A DNA stretch of 62,680 nt, filler included, from Rhabdomonas costata (GCA_019059605.1; 43 parts of 43 records of this genome joined end to end with filler, not necessarily neighbours in it), one strand, 5' to 3'. Shown: positions 25,719 to 38,127, counted from the whole stretch's first letter. Numbers and translations are program-made. Notes: generated by a model not told the origin, from the sequence alone.

Positions 25719-28004
25719 GTCGCCCCCTTGTTATATGCCTTTTCCCGGGCCCTTCCCTTCGCACTCTCTGAACCCCTTCCCTTCCCCTTTTCCACCTCCT
25801 TGCTCAGCGCTTTCGCTTCTTCCTGTGCCTCGATCGATCGATGAACAAACAAACGAAAGGCGGCGCGAATCCAGCTCGCAACGTGTTGCAAAGGAAATGA
25901 TCTGCATTACTCTGGACCATTCCTCCGAAAATGATGACAGCTTGCATCGCCTTGGACGCGCGTTCACATCACCTTATAGTTTGTTGGATCCCCTTGGGAG
26001 CCTCCCTGTGGGTCCCCTTGCCCGGGGATAAACGCGTGTGTTTAATTCCTGTCAGATCATAAACACCAGCTTTTCTGTAGTGCAGTTGAGAGAGGGATGC
26101 GTTTCGTTCGTCTGTCTGCGTTTGTCTGCGCTGCTGAATTCCCATTTCTTGAGCAAACGAGAAGCCAATTTGCCCCGATGCATATCCTGTAGGTAAACCC
26201 CACCCCCCTCTTAAGTGGAATGCGCCCGATAAAAGATGCAGTACCAAAAACTAACAGAGCATTTGTTTCCTTTCGAAGACAATGAGCACCCAACAAANNN
26301 NNNNNNNNNNNNNNNNNNNNNNNNNNNNNNNNNNNNNNNNNTTAATTAATTAANNNNNNNNNNNNNNNNNNNNNNNNNNNNNNNNNNNNNNNNNNNNGAA
26401 GAGAGCCAATATACCAGCTGATGCGTGAATTCGAGCGAAGACAAAAACCTTTCCATTTCCCTCAATACTGAGAAACAAGTAGCAATGGGCACAACAGGAG
26501 CTCAAACAACATTTTTTGGGGATGCCATTCCAAAATCAACTCACCACAAAGGGATCAGGTTCGGCATGGGCGACAAGGAGGCTATTGGTGCGACCCATAA
26601 CTGGGCAACTGCCTTTGTCTGGATTGAATGGGGAAAGACTGAGCTGGATGTCGCGCGTCAGTTCACGGAGACACCAGGTGGATCGCCGTTCCTTTGGAAG
26701 CGCCTTGCGCATGTGTATCGATGGCTACGTAAGTGTGTGTGTGTGTGCGGTACGCGCGCATGAAACTCTAATACGAGCGCGGTTCATTTTCAGCAACCTG
26801 GGAACTCCATTGCAAGTAAAACGCAGCACACCATCTGGGCACGGATATTCATTGCGTGCGCGTGGGAGGGGTGGGATGAAAGGGCTTGCAATGGGTGTGT
26901 CTGTCACCTACACGAACCATTACGCTCAGCTGTTTGCAGGCAGCGAGCAGGGAGTGGAAACGCGCAGAGAGGGGTGTGCAGGAAAAACGCGCACAAAAAA
27001 TGCGGTAAAATTCCAGGAGAGCTGATGGGCAAAGCAGATAATCTCACAATCTGTTTCCCATCGTTACGCCCCTGCACAGCACTGCACAGCACTTCAGCCG
27101 AATGGAGGTTGCTCACAGTGGAGCAGGGAAATACCTCGAATTGATCAAGCACGGTTGCGGTATCAGGTTGGGGAAACTCAGTGGTTCAAACACGACATTT
27201 ATCTGGCGCCGTGGGAAAAAACTGCGGGGATGAGGGGTGTACGTGCACACTCTTCCTTCTTATCGTGTGCACCAAAACCGGATGCGAGTGTATATGTGTG
27301 CACAAGTCAGTGTGAGTGGGTGAGTGGGTGTGGAGGTTGCTGTGTAGCCCCGGTCACAGGAGCACACGAAATGCACGTGTGACTTCGGAGCACCACGACG
27401 ATACACATTAAGTGAGTGAAGTACGCGGTTGCCACGTACGAAGATATGCTTGCTGATGGGGCGACCAGCAGTTTTGGCAAGAAACAAGCGCACAAAAAAA
27501 ACAGTGGCAAAAGTCGAGAACGGAGAAGTCATGGGAGGAACAGAACCTTACAATCTGTTTCCCATCAAGAGAGGCGGAGAGCTAAAGTGACGAAGGAACC
27601 TTACAGGAGAGTGAGAGCACGTACAGCGTTCACAGGTTGTGGAAACCTGGTCCTCCATGCTGAGTTGGTGCGCGGGCAAGTCGGGCACAAGCACTGTGAG
27701 GAGAACTCGTCGTTGTGTATCAAAACAGGAAGATATGCCCAAAAACCCCAAACACACCCACACNNNNNNNNNNNNNNNNNNNNNNNNNNNNNNNNNNNNN
27801 NNNNNNNTTAATTAATTAANNNNNNNNNNNNNNNNNNNNNNNNNNNNNNNNNNNNNNNNNNNNTTGTGGTTGGGTACTTTTGATATCAATTTCGATGTCC
27901 GGAAAGCCTGGTGATACCTTGCGGAGCGGGCTCAGTGTTTTACAACGCTGCTCAGACCTTTCGCCAAAAACGGTCTTTCTGGCACTCATTCGCCTTTTGC
28001 GCAG

Positions 28005-28509
28005 GTATCTCATCCATGCCCCTGTGGCGGGCAAGCGCCAGGACTCCTGGCGGGCCCTGGAGCAGCTCAAGCGGGAGGGCCTGGCCCGCTCCATTGGGGT
28101 CTCAAACTACGGCATCCATCACCTGCAGGAGCTGTTGCAGAGCTGCACCATCCGCCCTGCGGTGAACCAGATCGAAGTTCACCCCTTCCTCACCCAGGTG
28201 CCTTTGGTGGCGTTCTGCCAGTCGCAGGGGGTTTTGGTGCAAGCCTACTCGCCGTTGGCGAGGGCGCAGCGGATGGGGGACCCCGGGCTGGTTCGAGTGG
28301 CTCAGCGAGTGGGGCGTAGCGCTGCGCAGGTGATGCTGCGGTGGGCCCTGCAGCGCGGGATGGTTGTTCTGCCTAAGACGGTGCGGGAGGAGCGTCTGCG
28401 GGAGAATCTGGCGGTGTGGGACTTCGAGCTGGGTCCAGGGGAGGTGGCCGCGCTGGACCAGCTGAACTCTGATCTGGTTACGGGCTGTGACCCCACGAAG
28501 TGGCCCTGA
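28005..28509 (+). CDS. Aldo-keto reductase (AKR5-like), terminal exon
   Basis: After the acceptor TTTTGCGCAG: YLIHAP...WRALEQLKREGLARSIGVSNY...PAVNQIEVHPFL...QAYSPLA...AQVMLRWALQRG.VVLPKT...RLREN..VWDFEL; stop TGA. Confidence 0.95.
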
Positions 28510-29387
28510 AACTCGCTGGATTTACTGTTTGTTAATGTCAGCGGGTTTAAAAATATCATTTGATGTTTTGGAGAACTGCAGTGATCAGTAACAATAGTAT
28601 GGTGTCGCCGCCTTTTCATCAGTCGTTTTTTCGTTTCTTGACCTTTCGTTTCTTTTTTTTTTTTGATATTTTCTCTGCCTTTTTTTTATTGATTAGCCAC
28701 CTTTCCGTGCTTTGAGACTCTGATTTCGAACAACACTCGATGCCCTCATCAATTTTGCTGGGGGACAGCTGTTCTTGCTATGGTTCTTTGTCGCTAGGAC
28801 GGAGGTCCTTGCACTTTGGTTCTCACTGCATACCATATGCTATGGTTGAAGTTTAAGTATCTGTGCACCTCCGGAAAATTGTGCTCAGGGACGAGGGACG
28901 CTTGAACATGTCTGAGACTCAAAGGGGTTTTCTTGGATCAATAGGACGCATAACCGCAAAAGGATTGACCTCTACGGATGTGAAGTGTGTCACAACATTC
29001 TTTGTAGCACCGATGAACAATTCTTCCAGTGTCGATGCCACGGCGACCTTGTGGGCGAACGTACGCTAAAACGTTGTTGTTAAACCCCTGCCATCTTGTG
29101 TCGTTTACCAGCTTCTTCGGCGATCTCTATCTATTTTTTCCTCATCCTCGGGAGGTATTCCATTTTTTCAATGACATCCGCCCACGCCGCTGGCCGGGGA
29201 CCGGAGGTTCCGGCCGTCTCCCACAAACANNNNNNNNNNNNNNNNNNNNNNNNNNNNNNNNNNNNNNNNNNNNTTAATTAATTAANNNNNNNNNNNNNNN
29301 NNNNNNNNNNNNNNNNNNNNNNNNNNNNNTGTGGGTTGTGGGGTGTTGGGCACCTGATGTTGGGGGAAATCCAGAACACCTTGTCCA

Positions 29388-30399
29388 CTCTGATGCAATC
29401 TCTGATCTTCCACAAGATGCTCATCTGCGCGCTGACCGAGGTGGACAAGGTGTTCTGGATTTCCCCCAACATCAGGTGCCCACCGCCCCAAAAGTGCACT
29501 CCGATTCTTCGTGGAATTCGTGGAATGAATTCTTCGTGTGATGCCAAGTTTGGAAAGACATTTGGTCCGCGTCACAATAGAAGTGATAATCTTAGAAATC
29601 CAATGATAAATACATGGAAATGTCAATCCAACGAAGCGGGCAGGGTAACTAGGGTCGCTCAGCGAAATGTTCACATTCATTTATTTGGACATTTTTCCCT
29701 TTTGAAGTGAAGTGAAGTGGACAATCTTGCCGCGTTGACCCACGCCTGTCTTTGTTTTCACCCAGTTTTGTAAGGCTACGTCTGCCGCGAAAAAGACGCT
29801 GCCAAACACCATTTTTTAGGTAGTGGCTAGTGTGACTTTGAGGGGGGTGGGGTGATGATGCACTTTTGCCTCCCTCCTCCCCTCATTTCATGCAAGGTGC
29901 ATAATACCTTTTTGGGGTTTGCTGGATTACCTGGATGGGTACTTATGCACAAGGAAAGACTTGCCAACAGACCTGGAGATTATTGCAAGGTAAATTGCCC
30001 GCGGCCAAAGTCCGCGGTGTGCATTGGGGTGCGTGATGGGGTGATTCTGATTTCGGGGGCGCAAGGGTGCACAATTACCCCCCCCCTCCCTCTAAATGCA
30101 TCGGGTCCCGGACGTAGACCCGCTTCTTTGTGCTAGATTTTTGGGGTGATTTTTGGTCGTGCCTCATTACACGATTTGTGCCGCGTGCCGCTGCACGGAC
30201 AGGAAGGAGGTGAACGTGGGGAATGTGAAGCGGTATGCTACGGAGTTCACTCAGATCGACTTCGAGGCGACGGGCATGGACATGACCTCCGCCATGGCTC
30301 TGATCGAGGAGGTGATCAAGCACGTAGTGAACACCCTGGCCATGGAGGACGCCGCGCTGATCAAGCGGATCTCCGGCCGTGAGCTGCAGAAGATGACCG
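29388..30399 (+). CDS. Archaeal-type asparagine synthetase A (AsnRS/AspRS catalytic-core paralogue), exons ~29388-29475 and 30203-30399
   Basis: Spliced LMQSLIFHKMLICALTEVDKVFWISPNIR^KEVNVGNVKRYATEFTQIDFEATGMDM... is class II aaRS motif 2 in the S.I.HK...SPNIR.E...R...EFTQ.DFE form recalled for AsnRS2/AS-AR; GT-AG intron in phase 2. Confidence 0.72.
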
Positions 30400-30804
30400 G
30401 TGCGTATATGTGTGGTAGAGGGGTGCGTGAACGTATGTTTGGTTTTTATGAGTCATTCATAGCGGTCCAACCGCATTCTCCCAGAACACGGCAACCGCAC
30501 GGGCACTATCAGCCACAAAAATTCAGGCCCAGGGCAATCCCAAAATACCAAGACGCTTGTCTCGCAAGGCAGTTCGGGCACTCACCTAACCCAATTTTCC
30601 AACAAACAATTGCGCATAGCGGTTGCCGTGTTCTGGGAGAATGCGGTTGGACCGCTATGAATGACTCATAAAAACCAAACATACGTTCACCACCCNNNNN
30701 NNNNNNNNNNNNNNNNNNNNNNNNNNNNNNNNNNNNNNNTTAATTAATTAANNNNNNNNNNNNNNNNNNNNNNNNNNNNNNNNNNNNNNNNNNNNAGTTT
30801 GTGT

Positions 30805-31215
30805 TTATGATACTCGGCGGGCCATGCTGGGCCATCGGGGATAGTCTCGGTTCAGCACTCGGGCCCACAGCGAATCCTCCTGGACAAACAGGTTCCAAAG
30901 CCGGCGCACATGCCAAACGCTTCCGTCAAGGTCCTCGAAGGGAAGGTAGGTCAGAATCAGAAACACGATATCCATCGGAAGGGCCCGTAGAGGGTCGGTG
31001 TCCCCACGAAAGCATCGCGCGCACACCCGGTGAGCTCTCGCGTTCTGGTCGGGGTTGAAGTATGAGCAGCACTGGTGGCAAAAGTGGTTCCCGCACTCTG
31101 AGCAGAGGTATTTCCAGCGAAACGCGGTCAGCTTGCGGTCGCACTGCATGCAAAATATCGGGGCCTGTGGGCGCTGCAGAGCGAGTGCTAGGGAAGAGCA
31201 GGAAACGCTTGACAT
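30805..31215 (-). CDS. FYVE-like zinc finger plus F-box protein (N-terminal part)
   Basis: CMQC..LTAFRWKYLCSECGNHFCHQCC...RVCARC (eight-Cys FYVE spacing), then LPMDIVFLILTYL..EDL....HVRRLW......LW (F-box). Confidence 0.8.
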   Translation of the reverse strand: MSSVSCSSLALALQRPQAPIFCMQCDRKLTAFRWKYLCSECGNHFCHQCCSYFNPDQNARAHRVCARCFRGDTDPLRALPMDIVFLILTYLPFEDLDGSVWHVRRLWNLFVQEDSLWARVLNRDYPRWPSMARRVS

Positions 31216-33808
31216 CGTAATGGGATAAAGGAGGCAGCACTGCAAGGGCACAGGTAGCGATGTGACGGACAACATGCCGAACAGAAAAGCACTCGTCAAG
31301 CGCATTGAGACAGCAATTACCACGGAAACAGGGAGCCCTTTAAGTAAGGGTGGAGGACAATAAAAAGCAAAAATCTGACTAATGGGAACCAGAAGCAGCA
31401 GAAACCTAAGTTGCCCAGCATCAGCCCAGACGTTTGGAATCAAAGCAAGTGAACCGATGCCGTGTTTCTCTCTCGCAATGCTATTAGCTTGGGTGGGTGC
31501 TCAACGTACTAGCGTCTTGATGTGGCCACCCTTCCACCGCCCAAAGAATCGGGTTGTTCGCGCCATCTATTCGAGCCACGAACCAAAAGAAGAGGAGACA
31601 TGGGTTACCAGGGTACCAATGCGGAGTGCACAGAGCGCGAGCTTTTGTTTGGCATGGGGGCAGTCAAACAGGCTTCCACTTTGGAAAAGGAAGAGACTCA
31701 CTACCGCAAGAAAGATAAAATGCGCACGGGCAGTTCGGTCGGTATCGCCACAGAAAAGCTGCCATAAAATGAATGACTGCCACGAGAAGAAAACATACGA
31801 GCACAAAAACACTAAAACAAATCAAGGCAGGCAAAGCCAACTCACAAAGCACCTAGTCCAACAAACTCGGCAAATATCTTCCTTCCAAAACTCAAAAAAA
31901 CAAGTGGCCGCCCCTCTCCACCCTTCTCAGTCTCGCGTCTCTCCTGCACACACACCGTCTCTTTAGTGTTTCAGCACAGCTGCCGCCTTCCTTCTGAGCA
32001 TACCCCATAAAACCCTTTGGCTGTCCTTTGGAAGCCTGAAAGCCCCACTTCACCCCAGATCTGGCCTCGGCAAGGACTTGCCACAGGTTCACCCAGGCCT
32101 CTCGGGCAATCACCGCACCTGCCCTGAACGGAGGTAAAACCACACAGAGCCATGCCGCTCGGNNNNNNNNNNNNNNNNNNNNNNNNNNNNNNNNNNNNNN
32201 NNNNNNTTAATTAATTAANNNNNNNNNNNNNNNNNNNNNNNNNNNNNNNNNNNNNNNNNNNNGTGGGGGTGTTGAGAGCCTAACATAAAAAGAAAGAAAG
32301 AAGCCGGCACACCCTTGCAGCAAAACCGCTCTGGAGTTAGTAATAACACAAGCACGTTGATGGATACGTGACGTGCAAAAACATTTCCTCGCCAAGTTCA
32401 ACCCCAGCAGGCTGCATGTCAAGCATCAGATGCATTTACCAACTCTGCATCCAAAATCCTATTGGTACATTCTAGCGGGGACGCTCTGCGATAGCTTTAT
32501 ACGGCAAGAGCAGGAGCACTGGAATACCAATGGCCACTGCAATGGCCCCCGAACGCTAAGCCTCCTTTTTGTATTTCTTTGTGCGCGCCGGAGGTGCTTC
32601 TTTCTTTCTTTTTATGTTAGGCTCTCAACATCCCCTACTGCACACCTTCACCAAGGGTCTCTCGAAGGCTCAGAAAAAGGTCTCACTGTGCCCTCTGCGC
32701 CAGTTCACCGTTGGTGTCGAGACCCAGGGTACGGGATGTAATGAAACATTGCTATGGCCCAAATAGACAAAGTTGGCTTTTGGAAAACCTCAAGTCGTCC
32801 CGAAGCAACACCTGTGGTCACCCTTTGTATTTTTCACATATCTTTGGTTTAGCGGAGAGGCTGTCAACAATAATTCGGGTGGCCGAAGGCTCATGGGGGA
32901 GATTCCTCGGTCTCCTCCATCTCCTCTCAGGGTAACGCACGCGCGAAGCGATCTCAAGAGGATGGTGGCGTTCCCTTGCCTTCGGTCACCCCAACAGCAA
33001 CAGTCGCGGTGAATGCGGTACTGTCTTTATTGCTTTCGTTTGTCTGCACGTCTCACGCAAATCTTCCTTGGTGACTTTGGAAGAAAAGAAAGAGAAGAAA
33101 AGAATCGGTTGTCCGTTTTCCGTGGAGTCTTTCGTCCCGAATACAGTGCTGCTCCCCTTCGGTTAGGTGTAGTCCAGCTCCTGATTTCGGAAATTCTATT
33201 TTGAAACTCTCCTACTCGCTTGAGTCGACACTCCGGCTCTTAGCTTTGGGCGGCTGTTTTTCTTTTGGTTTTTTTATGTCGCTGCAAGCATTGTGTAGAA
33301 AAAGAGGTTGGTAAGGCGATGGATAGGAAGTTAAAGGGGGGCACCCGCCGCGTTTTTTATCTCTCCCCGAAGCGAAATGAGCTAGAGCCTCAATGCCTCA
33401 ATGTATGTGTCGCTGGTCTCAGAAAAACCTGTGCATCGCACGTCAAGAACGCCTCAAACTACCTTGTCACCGTGAAACTATACCCCGGCCAAAGCGAGTT
33501 GGAATGTGGTTTTCCGTTGGGTCGTCTGTTTTCTTTTGGGGAAACAGATCTTCGCCGCCCAGGTCAAGAAGCGCGTGCCTGGGCGCCACCCCCCACGGCG
33601 AGGGGCCCCCCAGGTACACCCCCCAACCNNNNNNNNNNNNNNNNNNNNNNNNNNNNNNNNNNNNNNNNNNNNTTAATTAATTAANNNNNNNNNNNNNNNN
33701 NNNNNNNNNNNNNNNNNNNNNNNNNNNNCAATGTCCTCCTAAGTCAAAACAAGATCCCCAGTTGCGTCAACAGCTTGTGCGAGTGGGTGCGTGGGGAGTG
33801 CGGCTTGC

Positions 33809-34012
33809 CTGCAGCCAGGTATTGATGAACTGAAAGCTCTGGTGTGGGGCCATCCGCTCGGAGAGCGTGCTGAAGTTGCGGATCTCGCTGCACAGGAGGG
33901 TCGAGCGCTTCAGCATGCAGCTGCCCAGCCGCAGGTCGTACAGCGACTTCACCGCCATCAGCGCCAGGAAGTCATGTGGCACAAAGAGGTTCACCACAGC
34001 GTTGAGCTTGTC
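33809..34012 (-). CDS. Class III adenylate/guanylate cyclase exon (bacterial-type linker)
   Basis: DKLNAVVNLFVPHDFLALM...LG...STLLCSEIRNFSTLSERMAPHQSFQFINTWLQ; 204-nt exon with CAG| acceptor and |GCAAGC donor. Confidence 0.85.
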
Positions 34013-36239
34013 CTGCAGCATGGCAGCCCCACTTATCCCACATTCAGTTTAGTTTGGCCACCTCTGTTTACTGCTTATTTGTGAAGAGTGTTTCCGTATT
34101 AGCATGTGCTTGTTAACCCATGACACCCTGAAATCTTGTGTGAAAGCTCTTGGATATCCGATTCTGCCCTCAAGGCAGTCCCAGCTCTGGCAGGCGGTCG
34201 GGTGGACACACTCTATGCAATTAGTATATGAATGTGGAAGATGATGCGGTGCTACTGCCGAGCAACACCATTTAAGGGTGTCACCACCCAGTGCCACTGT
34301 GACCTGGGTGGCCTTTTTCATACCCCGCAGCAGCAGAGGAGCAATCAGTTTGGTAGGCAGGTAGGTCACATCGAACAACTCCGGGAACCCCCGTCAAAAG
34401 ATTTACATGGTGTCCACCCAGAAGATCAACGATGGCTCCTCAGTGGAGCCCCAGACAATCAAACAATCATGCCGATGTCATGTTGAGCCGGAGTGCACTC
34501 TGACTCTAAAATATTATTCGCTTACAGAGAGAGTGAGAGCACCTTTTCTTGCAGGGCCACCGCCATCTTCTGTCGAAGCCTCACGAGCGCTGTCCACGGC
34601 TATACCAAAAACAGCAAACACAGTTGAATTGTGCATTCATACTCACCAGCCCAGCGGCGCCAACATCCAAACACTTGTGCGGCTTGCTCTCGGGTTGTAG
34701 CATTGCACAAGATGCAAGAAAGGGTATTGCGTGTTCAAAACTCGGTCGAAGACAAACATTCACGCTAAAGTGCATCAGGCTAAAAGGCATCAAAAGGCAC
34801 CGGGATGCGCCGAGACTAATTTTACCAGCACCCCATCAAGCATGGTGAGGCAGGCCCGGGCACAGGAAACAGGCAGGCTGGGAGGCATGCCTTTGCGACG
34901 GACCATCCAACAAGCAGCGCCATCGCTAGGGACAGGGTGGAGGACAGCACGGCCAGGATGATGTACCCTAGTTATTTTTTTTTGAGAAACGGGGAAGCTA
35001 AAGAAGCAAAACACCCAATTAAGTGAAATTCATCGCGGAACTCAGCGCCAGGGAAGTTGTGCAGTCCAAATCAGTCAGATTCAACCCCCACCCCNNNNNN
35101 NNNNNNNNNNNNNNNNNNNNNNNNNNNNNNNNNNNNNNTTAATTAATTAANNNNNNNNNNNNNNNNNNNNNNNNNNNNNNNNNNNNNNNNNNNNGGTTGG
35201 TGTTGTGGGGCTAATGACATCGAGCGAATGAGAGAGAGTGTAGCTGAGGGGTGTGTTAAAATGTAAACAAGGCTCGCTGCAGCGAACTCGCTGCGGGATC
35301 CGTGGCGTTGCGGCCTCTTGTTCCGGAGGCCTTGCTCTTTTTCTTGCTTGTGTGTTTTGGCTCGTTTTGTTGAGCCGTTTTACACGTCGACCACAGGAGC
35401 GCATGTCACGTCGTCCGCGCTGGAAGTTATCTCGGAGTGAGCGAGGGTAGTTGGTGATAGGGCTAAGGAGTGAGCGTCGCAGTGACTCCTCTTGAAAGGA
35501 CAGGACCATCTACCTCGGTGATTGGGAATTCCCCAAAATAACTGACCTCCTCGGGGCTTTTTTCTTTTTTTTTCTTTTTTTTTGTGAGTCAAGCTGCATC
35601 TGGATCTGCGGTGTGTTTTGATCGACGAGTAGACTGGAGTTGTGAACTCGATGTCTCCGTTGTATTCCACTTTTCTCGCTGCACTGTTCTGACTGTTCTG
35701 ACTTTCTGAGTGTCTCCGTTCGAGGCTTTCCCTCTAGGCCAAAACATATCCCATAATGAATATTTGACGTGGGAGATTTGCCGTAGTCGTTGTCAGGTGG
35801 CCCGCGAGCTCGGGCTATCGGCAATCTCTTGAAGTATTCCGACTCCAATTCCCACCTGAAAAACTACGCGGGTCTGGCGGGACCAAAGTCGTGACGCTCC
35901 TTTTGCTGGTAAATTCCACCTCATGAGCTCTCCAACCCGTTGGGTAAAACGCAAATGTTTCCGTTTCTTTCTGCAAACAAGGGCAAAAAAGACAGAACAC
36001 TCGGTGTGCGGACTAGAACGCGTCACCCTTGAAGTGGAAACTCGCTCATGCTACAAATCCTCCACACACTTCAACCACCTGACTTCGCCGTAAATTACTG
36101 TTGCTGCAACTGGAACACCCTGCACGTTTTCCTTCCTTCTCCCTTCTCTCATTCTTTCGCCAAAGGTGTTGCTTCGATCCAGTCCTGTTTTCTTCTTCAC
36201 GTTTGTTTGCACTCTCCGAGACACGCCCCGCCAAGAAAA

Positions 36240-36560
36240 ATGGAGCAATCGGGCCTATCCCTCTCCCCACCACGACCAAGTCCCTACCTAGCAAAGCATA
36301 CCGCTTCCCTTCCTTCCGATCCTTCACACAAGGATCGCCTTGCTAGCTGTCCCCGGATGCCCATTCGAGTCTTGCTCGTGGCCCTCACCGTGCTCTCTCT
36401 GGTGGCCGTCGGGGCGATGACCTTTGCCCTCACCCGAACGGACGCAGAGACGGCGCTTTCCCGGGTGGGCCAGAGCTACCGCAGCTTGGCGTGCACCGTG
36501 GTGGAGAATGAGGTGGTGAGCTACTTTGGGGTTATGACCGAAGTGACGCGAAAGCTTGCG
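36240..36560 (+). CDS. Membrane receptor-like protein N-terminus (single TM plus helix, as in receptor cyclases/sensors), truncated at contig end
   Basis: MEQ...MPIRVLLVALTVLSLVAVGAMTFALT (TM) RTDAETALSRVGQSYRSLACTVVENEVVSYF; GC3-rich codons; upstream polypyrimidine tract plus AG at about 36130-36165. Confidence 0.55.
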
Positions 36561-37373
36561 NNNNNNNNNNNNNNNNNNNNNNNNNNNNNNNNNNNNNNNN
36601 NNNNTTAATTAATTAANNNNNNNNNNNNNNNNNNNNNNNNNNNNNNNNNNNNNNNNNNNNCTCTGTATAGGTAGTGGTGTAGCAACCACGTCAACCCTAT
36701 GCGTAGTGGTGGTGATGTTGTGGTGGATCGAGCCCTGTGTGATGTTGTGTGTCATCGCCTTGTCATTCTGTCTGCTGTGTATCCCGCAGTGTAAGTCCTG
36801 AGTGATGGTGTTGGCATCAGGTCATGGCAGCTTGGCATCCCTGCATCAACCCATGGGTCTGTTACCATGGTTCTAGTGCAGTGTGTGTGTCAAGTGCTGG
36901 TTCTGTGCTGATGTTGACGTGGATGGCAACGGAGGATGATGTCAGCATCCCGTGATCGGGGCCATGCATCGAGTGGTGGAGTTGAAGGCGCTCCAACCAA
37001 GTGATGTGTGGTTACGCCAATGCTGAGGGTGAACGTTACCCTTAGCAACGTAGCAACCATCGCTACAAGGCCACACCTTACCACATCAACCCCAAGGGTA
37101 GGAGTTCTGCGTGGCTTTGCCCGGACGGAGTGAGTGAAAGCACCTTAGGGTGGTGGAACGAACGAAGTGACACGTATAGCTAATGGTGGTGTGAGCAAAA
37201 CCGTGCAGCGGTGGAGGGAGCCGTCATGGTTAGAAGTGTTGTGTTAGTGATGGGTTGAGAGAGCGTACCGCATTATGGCGGGGAGCGAACGATGAGAGAA
37301 GGGTTGATGGTCGCTGCGTCACTCCATCCGCGATGCTCCGGTCGTTCCTTGCTCCTTCTTCTGTCGGTCACAA

Positions 37374-37912
37374 TCGCTACGCTCATGTTCCCTCCTGTCA
37401 TAGTCGTCACACTCGTCGCTACGCTCCTCCTGTTCCTCCGGTTCACAATCGACTCTCACTTCGTTCGTGTCTCATGTTCACAACGGTTGTTTCATGGTCG
37501 TCACACTCGGCATTCACGTAGTTCATGCCTCCTGTTCTTCCTTGGTCGACATTCAACTCTCACTGCGTTCGTGTTTCATGTCTCCTACGTTTACCCATGG
37601 TCGTTACAATCGCTCGTTACACTCGCTCATGTTCCTCCGACGTCGACATTCATTCTCACTCCCTCCGGTCGTTCGTATTCATGTCTCCTCTGCATTCAGT
37701 CGTCGTCACTCCGTTCCTCCTCCGGTTCACAATCGACTCTCACTTCGTTCGTGTCTCATGTTCACAGCCATGGTAATACGGTTCACACTCGACATTCACT
37801 GCGTTCATGTCTCCTGTTCACTGGTCGGTCGTCGCGATGCTCCTCCCTCCTGTATACGTGTCGGCATTCACTGCGTTCATGCCTCCAATCCCCACTCATT
37901 CTCGCTACGCTC
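37374..37912 (-). repeat. Degenerate tandem array with ten GA-XC-GNA-GX'-GA mini-hairpins
   Basis: Plus-strand complements TCGCTACGCTC (37374, 37416, 37902), TCACTTCGTTC (37456, 37740), TCACTGCGTTC (37560, 37796, 37868), TCCCTCCGGTC (37660), TCACTCCGTTC (37706). A block of about 45 bp (CCTCCGGTTCACAATCGACTCTCACTTCGTTCGTGTCTCATGTTCACA) is duplicated. Confidence 0.9.
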
Positions 37913-38127
37913 GTATTGTAGCTGGAGTCCTTGCGGAGGGTGGTACCGCCAGGTGCTGAACACGGAACTATCAACCGGTCTACCAAGCATCCAGCTACAC
38001 CCCGACGGGAAAATTTACCCACCCCCCNNNNNNNNNNNNNNNNNNNNNNNNNNNNNNNNNNNNNNNNNNNNTTAATTAATTAANNNNNNNNNNNNNNNNN
38101 NNNNNNNNNNNNNNNNNNNNNNNNNNN

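Noticed and set aside
37292-38075. The 209-aa and 202-aa ORFs as proteins
   Set aside because: All three frames are largely open because of the repeat's composition; conservation follows DNA pairing rather than codons
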